A stretch of 46,979 nucleotides of DNA from Nitrososphaerota archaeon (GCA_027297425.1 JAPUIC010000121.1:1-46979), one strand, 5' to 3'; numbered from the stretch's first letter, positions 17,838 to 27,073 are shown. Notes: generated from the sequence alone by a model not told the origin. Translations and numbers: made by a program.

Positions 17838-19613
17838 TTACATCAGCTGAGTACAAACGTCTACTAATGCCAAATTGCCCTTCTTAACGATTTCTAGCCC
17901 CTTTCTTAGAGCATCTCTAACTTCTGATGGATCCTCTACTGGACCTATGCCGAACGCCCCAAATCCTCGGGCAATAGTGGCGAAGTCTGGTGGTGGTGAA
18001 TCGATCGCATTTCCAATTACAGCAGTACTCGGATCTCTACCCCGGAATTTAGCTATGCTTTGGGAGTGCTGGTAGTCGTTGTTGTACGACCTATTGTTGT
18101 GCATGACTACAAAAATGGGAATTTTATGATGAGTGGCTGTCCAGATCGCAGAAGTAGTCATGAGGAGGTCTCCATCAGGCTGTAGATCTATGATTATCTT
18201 GCCATTCCCTCGGTTGGCCAACGCCACCCCAATTGAGGCACCTAACCCATAGCCTAGACCAGCCCCTCCGTTAGCTCCGAAGGATAAGTTTGGTCTATCA
18301 TATGCCCATAGTCTCTGCTCCCACCTTGTCCGCTGAGACAGACTTCCTGAAGCTACTACCCAGTCTTCGTCTTTTATTACCTCCCATAGTTCATGTGCAA
18401 GCCAAGCAGTGGAAATCGGTTTCATGTTACTTTCGCTTTTTGCCTGCTCTAACCATTTCGTCTTCATGTCGTCATGTTCGGCCTTAAGTCGCACGAATCG
18501 CTCTCGATAAACCGATTCTCTGGTTGGGTCCTTCTTGATAAGATCTCTACATAATGAAGTAAGGTATGGGATTGCAGTGCTAGTATCAGCCGCGATTGAT
18601 AGATCTACAGGTGGAAGTTTCTGGAAGTCAGTTATAGTACTCCGGGTATAGAGATCTCGTAAGCTGATCTGAATAACCTTCGCGTCGTCCCTAATCAATG
18701 GCTTAGTCTCGCGTGTTTGTCTGTCGCTAATCGATATAGCCCCATACAAATCGATGGTGTCTAATGCCAATATCAGATCGGCATCTTTTCTAAGTTCTGA
18801 ACCCGTAAGATCTAGAGGGTGAGTCTTCGGGAAACTCAGGCGGCTTCCTAAGTCAATCACAGGTGCAGAAAGAGTTTCAGCGAGTTCTACCAAACTATCG
18901 ACGGCATTCGGATTTCTACCAACAGCGTCTGCAAGGATTACTGGATGAGATGCATCCACTAATAGTCTAGCTGCCTTATTCATCGCCTCTAGATCTCCTT
19001 GAGCTGGAGCTGGGATTGGATATAGTTCAACTCTAGGAAGATTCATAGGTTCAGTCAGTTTTTGTTCTTGCAAATCTGCATCGAAGCATATGTATACGGG
19101 CCCTTTTGGTTCAATCATAGCGCTCCTATAACCCCTCATTATCGATTCTGGAAAGCTTGAGACACTAGCAGGTTGATCATCCCACTTGACGTATTCTCTG
19201 ACGAGATTCCCCTGCAGAAGACCGGTGTGTATCCAATCGATCCAAGGCCTTCTCTTAGTTATATCCATAGGACCGGTCCCGCCCATAACTAGGACTGGGA
19301 CCTTGTCGACAAAAGCGTTGAACATCGCCATTGATGCATGTAGCAACCCTACGGTATCATGAAGCATTACAGCCATAGGCTTTCCTTTAGCCTTGAAGTA
19401 TCCATGTGAGATGGCGACTGCGATCTCTTCGTGGCATACCTCTATCACTTCAGGATTGCTATTACCACCGTAATTTACAACTGAGTCTTGGAGGCCTCTG
19501 AATGTTGCTCCAGGGTTCAAAGCGACATATTCTATCCCATACGCTTTCAACATATCAACTACGATATCTGATCCGTATTCAGCCTTCGATACTACTGTTT
19601 TCTCTTGAGACAT
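17838..19613 (-). CDS. Thiamine-diphosphate-dependent enzyme (benzoylformate decarboxylase / acetolactate synthase-like superfamily)
   Basis: 591-aa ORF. N-terminal PYR domain (GIEYVALNPGATFRGL, catalytic-type Glu in CHEEIAV). C-terminal ThDP motif GDLLMT...x...NNRSYNN. Confidence 0.75.
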   Translation of the reverse strand: MSQEKTVVSKAEYGSDIVVDMLKAYGIEYVALNPGATFRGLQDSVVNYGGNSNPEVIEVCHEEIAVAISHGYFKAKGKPMAVMLHDTVGLLHASMAMFNAFVDKVPVLVMGGTGPMDITKRRPWIDWIHTGLLQGNLVREYVKWDDQPASVSSFPESIMRGYRSAMIEPKGPVYICFDADLQEQKLTEPMNLPRVELYPIPAPAQGDLEAMNKAARLLVDASHPVILADAVGRNPNAVDSLVELAETLSAPVIDLGSRLSFPKTHPLDLTGSELRKDADLILALDTIDLYGAISISDRQTRETKPLIRDDAKVIQISLRDLYTRSTITDFQKLPPVDLSIAADTSTAIPYLTSLCRDLIKKDPTRESVYRERFVRLKAEHDDMKTKWLEQAKSESNMKPISTAWLAHELWEVIKDEDWVVASGSLSQRTRWEQRLWAYDRPNLSFGANGGAGLGYGLGASIGVALANRGNGKIIIDLQPDGDLLMTTSAIWTATHHKIPIFVVMHNNRSYNNDYQHSQSIAKFRGRDPSTAVIGNAIDSPPPDFATIARGFGAFGIGPVEDPSEVRDALRKGLEIVKKGNLALVDVCTQLM

Positions 19614-19712
19614 GAATCAGTTCGAGTTAGAGTAACTAAAATACATTACCGAAACGAAAAAATTAATCTATCCAAGCATATTTCCCATAGTACCCTGGGT
19701 CGCTTAAGCATA

Positions 19713-20132
19713 ATGGCTGCAAAGAAAGCAAGAGTATTTGGAACTGTTATCGTAATGTTATCTGGGACATATAATATTACAACGACTGTTGGTGCATTAA
19801 TCATACTAACTCTCACCGAGGTTGACAGGCCTCCAACCCAGGATGCACTCGTTGCATTCGTTATGATTTCGCTATCCATAGCTATTATCTCGTTAGGTAC
19901 TGGGCTGTTTATGTTTGGAAACGAGAAGAAGAGCGTTCGTGTCGGTCAGCTTCACCTTCTAACAGTATATGGAATTCTCACGATCTCGATCAGTATTATC
20001 GGATTATCATTCCCGGGAACCATAATTATGATTCTTTCGGGTATCCCATTGATAATATTTGGAGTGCTTCTTATAACATCTGATATCCTGATGAAGGTCA
20101 CCAATAAAGATGATTTCGACAAGGATCCCTGA
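19713..20132 (+). CDS. Hypothetical membrane protein
   Basis: Internal ATG (MAAKKARVFG...) of track ORF 19605..20132. The upstream 36 codons overlap the ThDP-enzyme start and promoter. About 4 TM helices. Confidence 0.35.
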   Translation: MAAKKARVFGTVIVMLSGTYNITTTVGALIILTLTEVDRPPTQDALVAFVMISLSIAIISLGTGLFMFGNEKKSVRVGQLHLLTVYGILTISISIIGLSFPGTIIMILSGIPLIIFGVLLITSDILMKVTNKDDFDKDP

Positions 20133-21036
20133 CGACCTGCTCGACCTAAATCATACGCTGCTCTCCGGTCAGGCATTTGGATGGAATGAAATCAATGGAT
20201 TTTGGTATGGAGTTGCTTATGGCCAAGTATTAAAAATAAAGCAGGACGGAGATCGGTTACTGTGGGATGCTAGTGACGTAGACAATACTCACGATTTAAT
20301 CAGGAAATACTTCAAACTAGATGAAAATCTTCCGAAGCTCCTAGAAAGATTTGAGGATCTAGATTTTTTTATTCAGAGGGCTATGACGAGGTTTAGGGGC
20401 CTTAGGCTGCTAAATCAGCAACCCTGGGAATGCATTCTCTCGTTTCTATGTTCTAGTCACTCGAATATCAAATCAATCAACAATATGATAAATAATCTTT
20501 CTATGAAATTTGGAGAGAGAATAGAATTCGATGGGATGACGTTTCATACAATTCCTAGTCCTGAGGCTCTAAGCCAGGCCTCGGCGAATGATCTCCTGTC
20601 CTGTAAAGTTGGATATAGAGCTAACTACATAAAAAAAGTAGCCCACGAAGTATCTGAAGGTATCGTTGACATTAACGCTCTCATGGCTCTCGAGTATGAT
20701 GTTGCAAAATCTAGATTATTAACATCAGAAAATGGCCACAAAATCATGAAAGGGGTGGGCCCAAAGGTTGCGGATTGTATTCTCCTATTCTCTATGGAAA
20801 AGAACGAAGCATTCCCTTGCGATATATGGATCTCAAGGGTAGTTCTAGCGAATTATAATCATCTGCTAGATAACGATCTCCTAGCCAGTCTCTCCAGATC
20901 TATCGAGCGTAAGATACCACTGTCAGGTGGAACATACTTGAAGATAGGAGATGTCATGCGACGGTATTTTGGGCCTAATGCAGGTTACGCCCAGCAGTAC
21001 CTTTATGCACTCATACGTCAAGAGTCTGGTAGATAG
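20110..21036 (+). CDS. ogg: 8-oxoguanine DNA glycosylase / DNA lyase (Ogg1-type, HhH-GPD)
   Basis: 308-aa ORF. OGG N-domain LDLNHTLLSGQAFGWNE. HhH-GPD motif GVGPKVADCILLF followed by FPCDIW (catalytic Asp region). Confidence 0.75.
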   Translation: MISTRIPDDLLDLNHTLLSGQAFGWNEINGFWYGVAYGQVLKIKQDGDRLLWDASDVDNTHDLIRKYFKLDENLPKLLERFEDLDFFIQRAMTRFRGLRLLNQQPWECILSFLCSSHSNIKSINNMINNLSMKFGERIEFDGMTFHTIPSPEALSQASANDLLSCKVGYRANYIKKVAHEVSEGIVDINALMALEYDVAKSRLLTSENGHKIMKGVGPKVADCILLFSMEKNEAFPCDIWISRVVLANYNHLLDNDLLASLSRSIERKIPLSGGTYLKIGDVMRRYFGPNAGYAQQYLYALIRQESGR

Positions 21037-21056
21037 CTGACGGATTAATTATCCAC

Positions 21057-22913
21057 TCAGATAAATGAAGGGCGTTTAGAGAGGAGTAGTGGTAACGACG
21101 AGGGAGCAAAGGGCATTTTACCAGATAGCTTATGGCACTCAATTACAAGGTCTTCAGGTTTCATACTACTGATCTTCCCGGTTTCCCGGTCTCTTATCGA
21201 GAGTACCCCACCCTCTACTTCTCGGTCACCATATATTACGACAAATCGTATCCACTCTTTCTCCGCTTCCCTAACCTTCTTGTTAATACTCTCATTCCTA
21301 TCATCTACATCAGCTCTAATATTTTCCAACCCTAGATTCTCTGCTAGGTTAATAGCCGCTTGAAGATGTTTACTAGATACCGGTAATATTCTTAATTGAA
21401 TTGGTGAGACCCAGAAAGGCAAGGAGGGACGCTTCCCCTCATTTTGCATCCTCCGTGACTTCTCTAAGAGCGCATAAATGCACCTCTCGATTGCTCCACT
21501 AGGCGAGTTATGTAGAATTATAGGAGATATCTTCGCACCTTCTGGGTCGGTGTAAGTAATGCCATAGCGTTCTGCGTTTTCTACGTCGATCTGATCTGTA
21601 GATAGGGCCGATGCCTTATCGAGATTGTCGATGTAATTGAACTCCCACTTGAAGCTGAAGTAGAAGAACCGCTCAGGCCATATTTCCACAAGAGCGGGCT
21701 TACCCAAGCTCTTTACTAGTGAAATTAGGAAATCCTTATTGTTAGCATAGAACTCCTCCGTAAATCGCATAGCAAGCTCGTAGTCATTTTTATCTATCCC
21801 TATGTCATTCAGTACCTCTACAGATAGATTAAACCTAGTGAAGGCTTCAGTTTTAGCTTGGTTCATGTCGAGACAAAATGCATGACAATCGGGCATTGTG
21901 AAAGCCCGCAGTCTCCTAAGTCCAACAAGCTCTCCGCTCTTTTCTCTCCTGAAGCTATATCTCGTAAGCTCATACATCTTGAATGGTAGATGTTTATACG
22001 AAATTTGGCAATCCTTAGCAATAAGAAATTGTCCAAAACAAGCACTAAATCTGAGAAAAAGTTCCTTATCTTCCGATCTAACGATATACTGTCTTGCGGG
22101 GAATCTTTGGAGGTAGCTTTCTAAGCTTGGATGGTTGGGATCATACATTATGGGAGTTTCAACCTCAACAGCGCCGTATTCTATGACCTTTTGAGTTACA
22201 TATCTCTCCAGTAAGGATTTCATCAACCTGCCTTTCGGATAATAGCGAAGGTTTCCTTGATCAGATCCAGGTTCATAGTCTACTAGGGATAATCTCTTCA
22301 TTAACTCTACATGAGGAGGAACTTGAGATACAGTCCTAGATTTTTCCATTTCATATTTAACTAGTTTTTCAAGCAGCTTAGATGATGAGAAATCATACCC
22401 AGCAAGTGGCTTCAAGTCGCCGTCAGTTCCAAGAATACACCATCGAGAAGTCATCGAAACTTCTGCCTTCAGGGCTTTCGAAGTGTCAACGACATCGCTA
22501 GAAGTTCCAGAAATTACCTTAAACTGCTCAGCAAGAGGGTGACCCTTAACCTTGATGGTAAACGACTTTGTCCATCCAAATGGGCTTCTATGGACTTCGA
22601 ATCCTTTATTTCGGATATCGTTCTCTAATAACTTCAATAACTTGAGAGCGCTGCCTGGTGGTGCTAGGTCACGACTAAGATGAGAGTAAGGGTAAAGAAC
22701 AATCTTTTTTGTCTTCAGAGTATCTAGTGAAGAAGAGAGTTCTTCGGAGACTTGCGCCAATATCTTCTCCGAATCGCCTTTCTCTACGGTGATGAAGAAA
22801 ACTACATGATCGTCAAGTCGTACAGGACCTCCGGGAACGTCATCTGCTATTTCTACTTCTTTGGAGATCGGAGAGTATTCTAGGAAATCTGAATGTAACT
22901 GGAGGATTCTCAA
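21057..22913 (-). CDS. thrS: Threonyl-tRNA synthetase (archaeal type with N-terminal editing domain)
   Basis: 618-aa ORF. The archaeal-specific N-terminal domain starts MRILQLHSDFLEY. Class II core (FRREKSGELVGLRRLRAFTMPDCH) and C-terminal anticodon-binding domain. Confidence 0.9.
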   Translation of the reverse strand: MRILQLHSDFLEYSPISKEVEIADDVPGGPVRLDDHVVFFITVEKGDSEKILAQVSEELSSSLDTLKTKKIVLYPYSHLSRDLAPPGSALKLLKLLENDIRNKGFEVHRSPFGWTKSFTIKVKGHPLAEQFKVISGTSSDVVDTSKALKAEVSMTSRWCILGTDGDLKPLAGYDFSSSKLLEKLVKYEMEKSRTVSQVPPHVELMKRLSLVDYEPGSDQGNLRYYPKGRLMKSLLERYVTQKVIEYGAVEVETPIMYDPNHPSLESYLQRFPARQYIVRSEDKELFLRFSACFGQFLIAKDCQISYKHLPFKMYELTRYSFRREKSGELVGLRRLRAFTMPDCHAFCLDMNQAKTEAFTRFNLSVEVLNDIGIDKNDYELAMRFTEEFYANNKDFLISLVKSLGKPALVEIWPERFFYFSFKWEFNYIDNLDKASALSTDQIDVENAERYGITYTDPEGAKISPIILHNSPSGAIERCIYALLEKSRRMQNEGKRPSLPFWVSPIQLRILPVSSKHLQAAINLAENLGLENIRADVDDRNESINKKVREAEKEWIRFVVIYGDREVEGGVLSIRDRETGKISSMKPEDLVIECHKLSGKMPFAPSSLPLLLSKRPSFI

Positions 22914-23014
22914 TGATCTTCTCCTTCGAATTTCTTTCGCATCTCATGGTTAAAGGTTACTGCGTGAATTGGATCCTAGGTCGATTTAAAAAAGGCTATC
23001 GCCCAGAGATCGTT

Positions 23015-23452
23015 ATGATCCAGTACAGGTACATTATCGTGATTCTGTTCGTTGTAGTTAATGCACTTCTACTTGCCACCTTTATCAGTATTACAAGTCA
23101 ATCTAGATTCGTGAGTTCTGACTTCTCAGGGGCTGTACCTAGATCCTTTTTCCTAGAGATCATAGAAGATACACCGTTATCGACTGAACATGCAGGTTGG
23201 TCTTGTATTGTTATAACCAGCAACGGCCAATTGGTCCTCTCAGGAACGGGATCATCTTTGCATATATTGAGAATCGGGCCGCCGTATCAGATCGAGTGTA
23301 ATAAAACTACGGATATTGAAGGAAATATTTTTTTCTATCTTAAGCTCATGTTCATTCCGGATGGGGATGAGCTCCCTACCAGCAGATATCTAGGGAGCGC
23401 TAACATTAACGAAGATAATCCAATAGGTAGAATCTCATGGCCTACTAGATGA
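23015..23452 (+). CDS. Hypothetical protein with N-terminal signal-anchor helix
   Basis: Internal ATG (MIQYRYIIVILFVVVNALLLATF...) of track ORF 22913..23452. An A/T box GATTTAAAAAAGG lies ~25 nt upstream. No family recognised. Confidence 0.35.
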   Translation: MIQYRYIIVILFVVVNALLLATFISITSQSRFVSSDFSGAVPRSFFLEIIEDTPLSTEHAGWSCIVITSNGQLVLSGTGSSLHILRIGPPYQIECNKTTDIEGNIFFYLKLMFIPDGDELPTSRYLGSANINEDNPIGRISWPTR

Positions 23453-23539
23453 GATGGTTTTTCGGTTAACTCCAAACTAAGGACTGAGCGGTGTTCATTA
23501 CGATCCGAACTAACTAGCTGAGTCGCAGTTATAGGCGGA

Positions 23540-23920
23540 TTAAACACCGGTAGGCTTTCTTGATGATTTTTCTACAGACTTCTTTGGAAGTTTGGTAGTC
23601 TTGGGCGGGAGATTCCAGTCTTTTATCGCCTTAATATTGACATCATATTGAGTTCCTCGTCTAAGATCGACTGATACGCGTAGACGTCTAGCATCCGCCA
23701 CTGATACTCCAGCACGTTGCAATTCAGGTAACGAAAAGCCTCTGCCCTCTCGAAAACCGCTTGGTCTATTCACACGAGAGGAAGGTTTGGTTCTGTTCGG
23801 TATAATGGTGGCCTTGGCCTTTGAAGATATATTGCGCTTCTCCGTTTGAATCGTGCCCTTTTTTCCTGTACGGTCTTCTTTCTGTTTAGTCGTTTTCTTT
23901 TGTTCCGCCAAAGCCATCAA
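23540..23920 (-). CDS. rpl13e: Ribosomal protein eL13 (L13e)
   Basis: 126-aa basic ORF. Diagnostic GRGFSLPELQRAGVSVADARRLRVSVDLRR followed by NIKAIKDW. N-terminal Lys-rich extension; the start is uncertain. Confidence 0.75.
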   Translation of the reverse strand: MMALAEQKKTTKQKEDRTGKKGTIQTEKRNISSKAKATIIPNRTKPSSRVNRPSGFREGRGFSLPELQRAGVSVADARRLRVSVDLRRGTQYDVNIKAIKDWNLPPKTTKLPKKSVEKSSRKPTGV

Positions 23921-24092
23921 TCGTCTAGGGGTTGTAATTAAAAACTCTTCTAACTAGAAGGTAGTTTGTTTATAATGATGTCAGCTGTATATTAAGAGTA
24001 GAATAGATGGTGTATTGTTCTATTTACTTTCTAACCCCTTTTTGAACAGTATCCAAATAAAATGGATCAGAATGTCGTTAGGATAAGGACTA

Positions 24093-24101
24093 CATATATA
24101 G
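24093..24101 (+). promoter_or_regulatory. TATA-like box (CATATATAG) upstream of tRNA-Tyr
   Basis: Centred ~29 nt upstream of tRNA position 1 (24126). Confidence 0.45.
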
Positions 24102-24125
24102 ATGGATTTGCGGATACGTGATTAG

Positions 24126-24316
24126 CCCGCGGTAGCTCAGCTTGGTAGAGCTTCCGACCCATGAGGGGAAGATGCTGTAGAAGTTGGCCTGGGCTAACCT
24201 TGCCAGCCTATCAAGCTTACAGAAACCGGACTGTCGTCGGAGAGTTGTAGGCGTCCAAAGCCTCTACTCGGCGTATTCAAAAGGGGGGTTCCCCCATGAA
24301 ATTCCGACCCGCGGGA
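24126..24316 (+). tRNA. tRNA-Tyr (anticodon GUA), highly interrupted (best model: four introns)
   Basis: CCCGCGG-TA-GCTC-AGCTTGGTA-GAGC at 24126-24151. The 3' strand CCGCGGG plus A73 at 24309-24316 gives a C1-G72 acceptor stem. Anticodon loop CTGTAG(A) at 24175-24181. Stems TCCG+G/CCGGA and GTCGG/CCGAC and a TTCAAA+T T-loop assemble only after removing 24157-24173, 24181-24224, 24241-24275 and 24282-24302. Confidence 0.7.
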
Positions 24317-24422
24317 CATTTTCGCAATAATAAATCAGTTACTTCTACAATACCAATAGGAATATTGAGATTAAGTAAAAATCAGTGTTCAACTATAATA
24401 AAAGCATAAAGTTTTTGAATAG

Positions 24423-25256
24423 GTGGCTAGGTTTAGCCGTTTCGAGATACCTGCTTCTATGTCAACAATCCCCATGTTATTGGCCGGGGGCATAATAATC
24501 ATAATCCTAGCATATTTTGCTCTCAGGTTGAGAACCTTAAATGGTAAAGGTGCTATTGCTACAATCGTCATAGGTATGGCCGTCCTTATTGGCGGTAGCC
24601 CTAGTTGGTTTATTCTAGTCTTGACATTCTTCGTGTTGGCTGCGATTTTTACCAGATTTAGATATTCTATAAAAGCTCAGATTGGCTTTGCTCAAGACAA
24701 AGGTGGAGCCAGAGGTTGGCCGAACGTTGTTGCTAATGGTGGTATTGTTGGTATTCTGGGTATTCTTGAATTTATTTCCAGTGAACCGATCTTCGTCGCA
24801 GCGTTTCTTGGAGCAATGGCCACAGCTATGGCAGATACTATGGCTACAGAGCTAGGATTGCTTAGTAAAAAAGCTCCAAGATATGTGTTTAATCTACGTA
24901 AAACGGTAAGCCCTGGAACATCGGGTGGGATTACGTTAGTTGGAACTGTATCCTCGATTGCGTTTTCATCAATAATTGGGGGCGTGGCGTATTCTGTAGG
25001 GCTTTTACCCATTGGTATTGAACAGATCTTCTTGATCGCTGTCGTAGCCGGCGTACTTGGGACATTTGTTGACAGCATGCTCGGAGCCAGCATACAAGGA
25101 CTGTATCTATCAGAGGATAAGAAGGGATTTACTGAGATTCGACGGCCAGATTCGAAGCTTGTAAAGGGATTCAGATGGATCGATAATAATGTGGTAAATG
25201 TGATAGGAACTCTTGTAGGTGCTCTGACAGCTGCCAGTTTGTTTTTGATAGTGTAG
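24423..25256 (+). CDS. DUF92 / TMEM19 / VTE6-like integral membrane protein
   Basis: 277-aa ORF with ~7 TM helices. The conserved-looking segment QDKGGARGWPNVVANGG and the Gly-rich helices resemble the DUF92 family. GTG start in the track. Confidence 0.55.
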   Translation: MARFSRFEIPASMSTIPMLLAGGIIIIILAYFALRLRTLNGKGAIATIVIGMAVLIGGSPSWFILVLTFFVLAAIFTRFRYSIKAQIGFAQDKGGARGWPNVVANGGIVGILGILEFISSEPIFVAAFLGAMATAMADTMATELGLLSKKAPRYVFNLRKTVSPGTSGGITLVGTVSSIAFSSIIGGVAYSVGLLPIGIEQIFLIAVVAGVLGTFVDSMLGASIQGLYLSEDKKGFTEIRRPDSKLVKGFRWIDNNVVNVIGTLVGALTAASLFLIV

Positions 25257-25258
25257 CA

Positions 25259-26713
25259 TTAGTCTGGGAATAAGAACGTAGTATTCAAGATCCCCCGAAG
25301 CTCATCTAGATGAACCCTACTCTGTTTCATACTATCTCTGTCCCTAATCGTAACGGTATCATTCGCTAAGGTTTCAGTATCGATCGTGAGACATTTTGGA
25401 ACTCCGATTTCATCAGCCCTTCGGTACCGCCTACCTATTGACCCAGAACGGTCGTAAAATGCATTGAAGTCTTTCCTAATTTTTGACAAGACCTCTGCAG
25501 CCTTTTCTTCCATTCCATCCCTGTTTACTAGGGGGAACACACCAATTTGAATCGGGGCAAGGTAGGGCTTAAGCTCTAAAACATCTCGTTCCTCATGCTT
25601 TGTTAGAGAGTGTTCCAGTATTGCCCAGATACTCCTGTCTACACCCATAGATAGCTCAAAGATATGAGGAACTACCTGCGCCTCCCCATCCATGACTGAA
25701 TGTTCCCGTCCGCTAGTCTGTCCATGTCTGACAAGATCATAGTCAGTTCTATAGTTGCATGCTACTAATTCTGTCCAACCCATACTAGTCTCAACTTCAA
25801 AATCGAAGGCAAAAGAGGAGTAGAACGCTCGCTCAGCGTCTGACAGCAGTCTAAAACGCGCACGGGTCATATCTAGCCCGGTCTTTTCATAGAACGATTG
25901 CAAGAGAACCAAATAATAGGCTATCATTTGACTTGGTAGAATTCCTTTCTTTAAGAGCTCCGAGCACGACATATTTTGGCTCTTTTTGCCGTCCAGGCAA
26001 ACACGCAGACGATTCTTACTGATTCCATCATATTTCTGAAACACGTCACTTTGGTTCGGATTGAAGAAGATCTCAATTTCGCATTGGTAGAATTCCCTTA
26101 ATCTAATCATGCTTTGCCTAGGTGAAATTTCATTTCTAAAGCTCTTTCCGAACTGGGCAATAGCAACGGGTAATTTGCATCTCATCACTTTAAAAATCCG
26201 GAGAAAATCGACGAAGATACTCTGACACGTCTCCGACCTAAGGTACGCCTCCTCCTTGTCTCCACCTATCTCGACGCTCATCATCAGATTGAATTTTTTT
26301 GTACCCCCAAAATCTGCGCCACACTTTGAACAACGGATCAGATGTTTCTCTATCAGATCATCAAGTTCCTTTTCGCTGCTTCCTTCAGTCACCAACGTCC
26401 CAGTCTTCTCCGAAACTAGCCTATCTGCTCTAAAAATAGATCCGCACTTTTTGCATTTTACAATTGGATCAGTGAAACTATCCAGGTGCCCAGATGCACG
26501 GAAAACGTCCTTAGTCATTATTTGAGATCCATCTATCTCTAGCATACCATCCTTCCTGAGAAGTTCTCTTCGCCATACCTCCACAAACTTGTTCCTGAAA
26601 CCAACCCCCAAAGGACCATACTCCCAAAAGCCCGCTGGTCCAGAGTAGATTTCAGATGACGGGAAAAAGAAACCTTTCTCTAATGCTAATCGCATAATCC
26701 GATCGTAGGACAA
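25259..26713 (-). CDS. glyS: Glycyl-tRNA synthetase (archaeal/eukaryotic alpha2 type)
   Basis: 484-aa ORF. N-terminus LALEKGFFFPSSEIYSGPAGFWEYGPLG, class II core, C-terminal anticodon-binding domain (GRRYRRADEIGVPKCLTID). TTG start. Confidence 0.9.
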   Translation of the reverse strand: MSYDRIMRLALEKGFFFPSSEIYSGPAGFWEYGPLGVGFRNKFVEVWRRELLRKDGMLEIDGSQIMTKDVFRASGHLDSFTDPIVKCKKCGSIFRADRLVSEKTGTLVTEGSSEKELDDLIEKHLIRCSKCGADFGGTKKFNLMMSVEIGGDKEEAYLRSETCQSIFVDFLRIFKVMRCKLPVAIAQFGKSFRNEISPRQSMIRLREFYQCEIEIFFNPNQSDVFQKYDGISKNRLRVCLDGKKSQNMSCSELLKKGILPSQMIAYYLVLLQSFYEKTGLDMTRARFRLLSDAERAFYSSFAFDFEVETSMGWTELVACNYRTDYDLVRHGQTSGREHSVMDGEAQVVPHIFELSMGVDRSIWAILEHSLTKHEERDVLELKPYLAPIQIGVFPLVNRDGMEEKAAEVLSKIRKDFNAFYDRSGSIGRRYRRADEIGVPKCLTIDTETLANDTVTIRDRDSMKQSRVHLDELRGILNTTFLFPD

Positions 26714-26828
26714 ATCTCAAACTTCACCTTATCTTCTTTGATTTATCGTCTTCAGGCGGGAATGACTTCCCTATCGGTCATAATATCGATTTTCCTAAGG
26801 ATGGAATTATTAATAGATTGAGATATAG

Positions 26829-26834
26829 AAAAAA
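26829..26834 (-). terminator. Oligo-T tract (CTTTTTTC on the minus strand) downstream of rps30e
   Basis: Six A on the plus strand, 17 nt past the rps30e stop. Archaeal terminators are typically oligo-T runs. Confidence 0.3.
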
Positions 26835-26850
26835 GTTCAATTTTGGACGT

Positions 26851-27027
26851 TTACCGCCTACGCCTACCTTGCCAATTCTGGCCTGGCATCCTTTTGAGGG
26901 TTTCCCGTTTGACGAAGGTTCTTTTATACCTAAATTTCGGTATAGGCGAATGCCTCTCCTTTGCCGGTAGTTTGGGAGTTTGACCTCTTACTTTACCTGC
27001 TTTCGTAAGGCTTCCGTGAGTCGGCAT
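26851..27027 (-). CDS. rps30e: Ribosomal protein eS30 (S30e)
   Basis: Hand-translated and absent from the ORF track: [58 protein letters not shown] (58 aa). The [16 protein letters not shown] motif is diagnostic of eS30. A/T box GTTAATAAGG lies ~33 nt upstream. Confidence 0.8.
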   Translation of the reverse strand: MPTHGSLTKAGKVRGQTPKLPAKERHSPIPKFRYKRTFVKRETLKRMPGQNWQGRRRR

Positions 27028-27073
27028 ACTATCAAGATGGGCTTCCTACTATTCCCCTTATTAACCTTGACGT

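Noticed and set aside
19605-19712. N-terminal 36 codons of track ORF 19605..20132.
   Set aside because: They overlap the start and promoter region of the divergent ThDP-enzyme gene and are non-hydrophobic junk-like sequence. The ATG at 19713 begins the membrane protein proper.
24157-24163. First reading of the 24.1-kb tRNA as tRNA-Met, using CCCATGA as the anticodon loop (CAT).
   Set aside because: That loop would have C33 and G37, and a poor 31-39 pair. The acceptor stem has C1-G72 and A73, the tRNA-Tyr identity set, and a proper CTGTAGA loop exists at 24175-24181. The CAT segment is better explained as intron.
24152-24310. 9-nt direct repeat TTCCGACCC (24152-24160 and 24302-24310), considered as att-like duplication from an integrated element.
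   Set aside because: The copies are only 150 nt apart, with no integrase or foreign genes between them. Both are accounted for as functional tRNA stem segments (anticodon-stem 5' strand and T-stem 3' strand plus acceptor).
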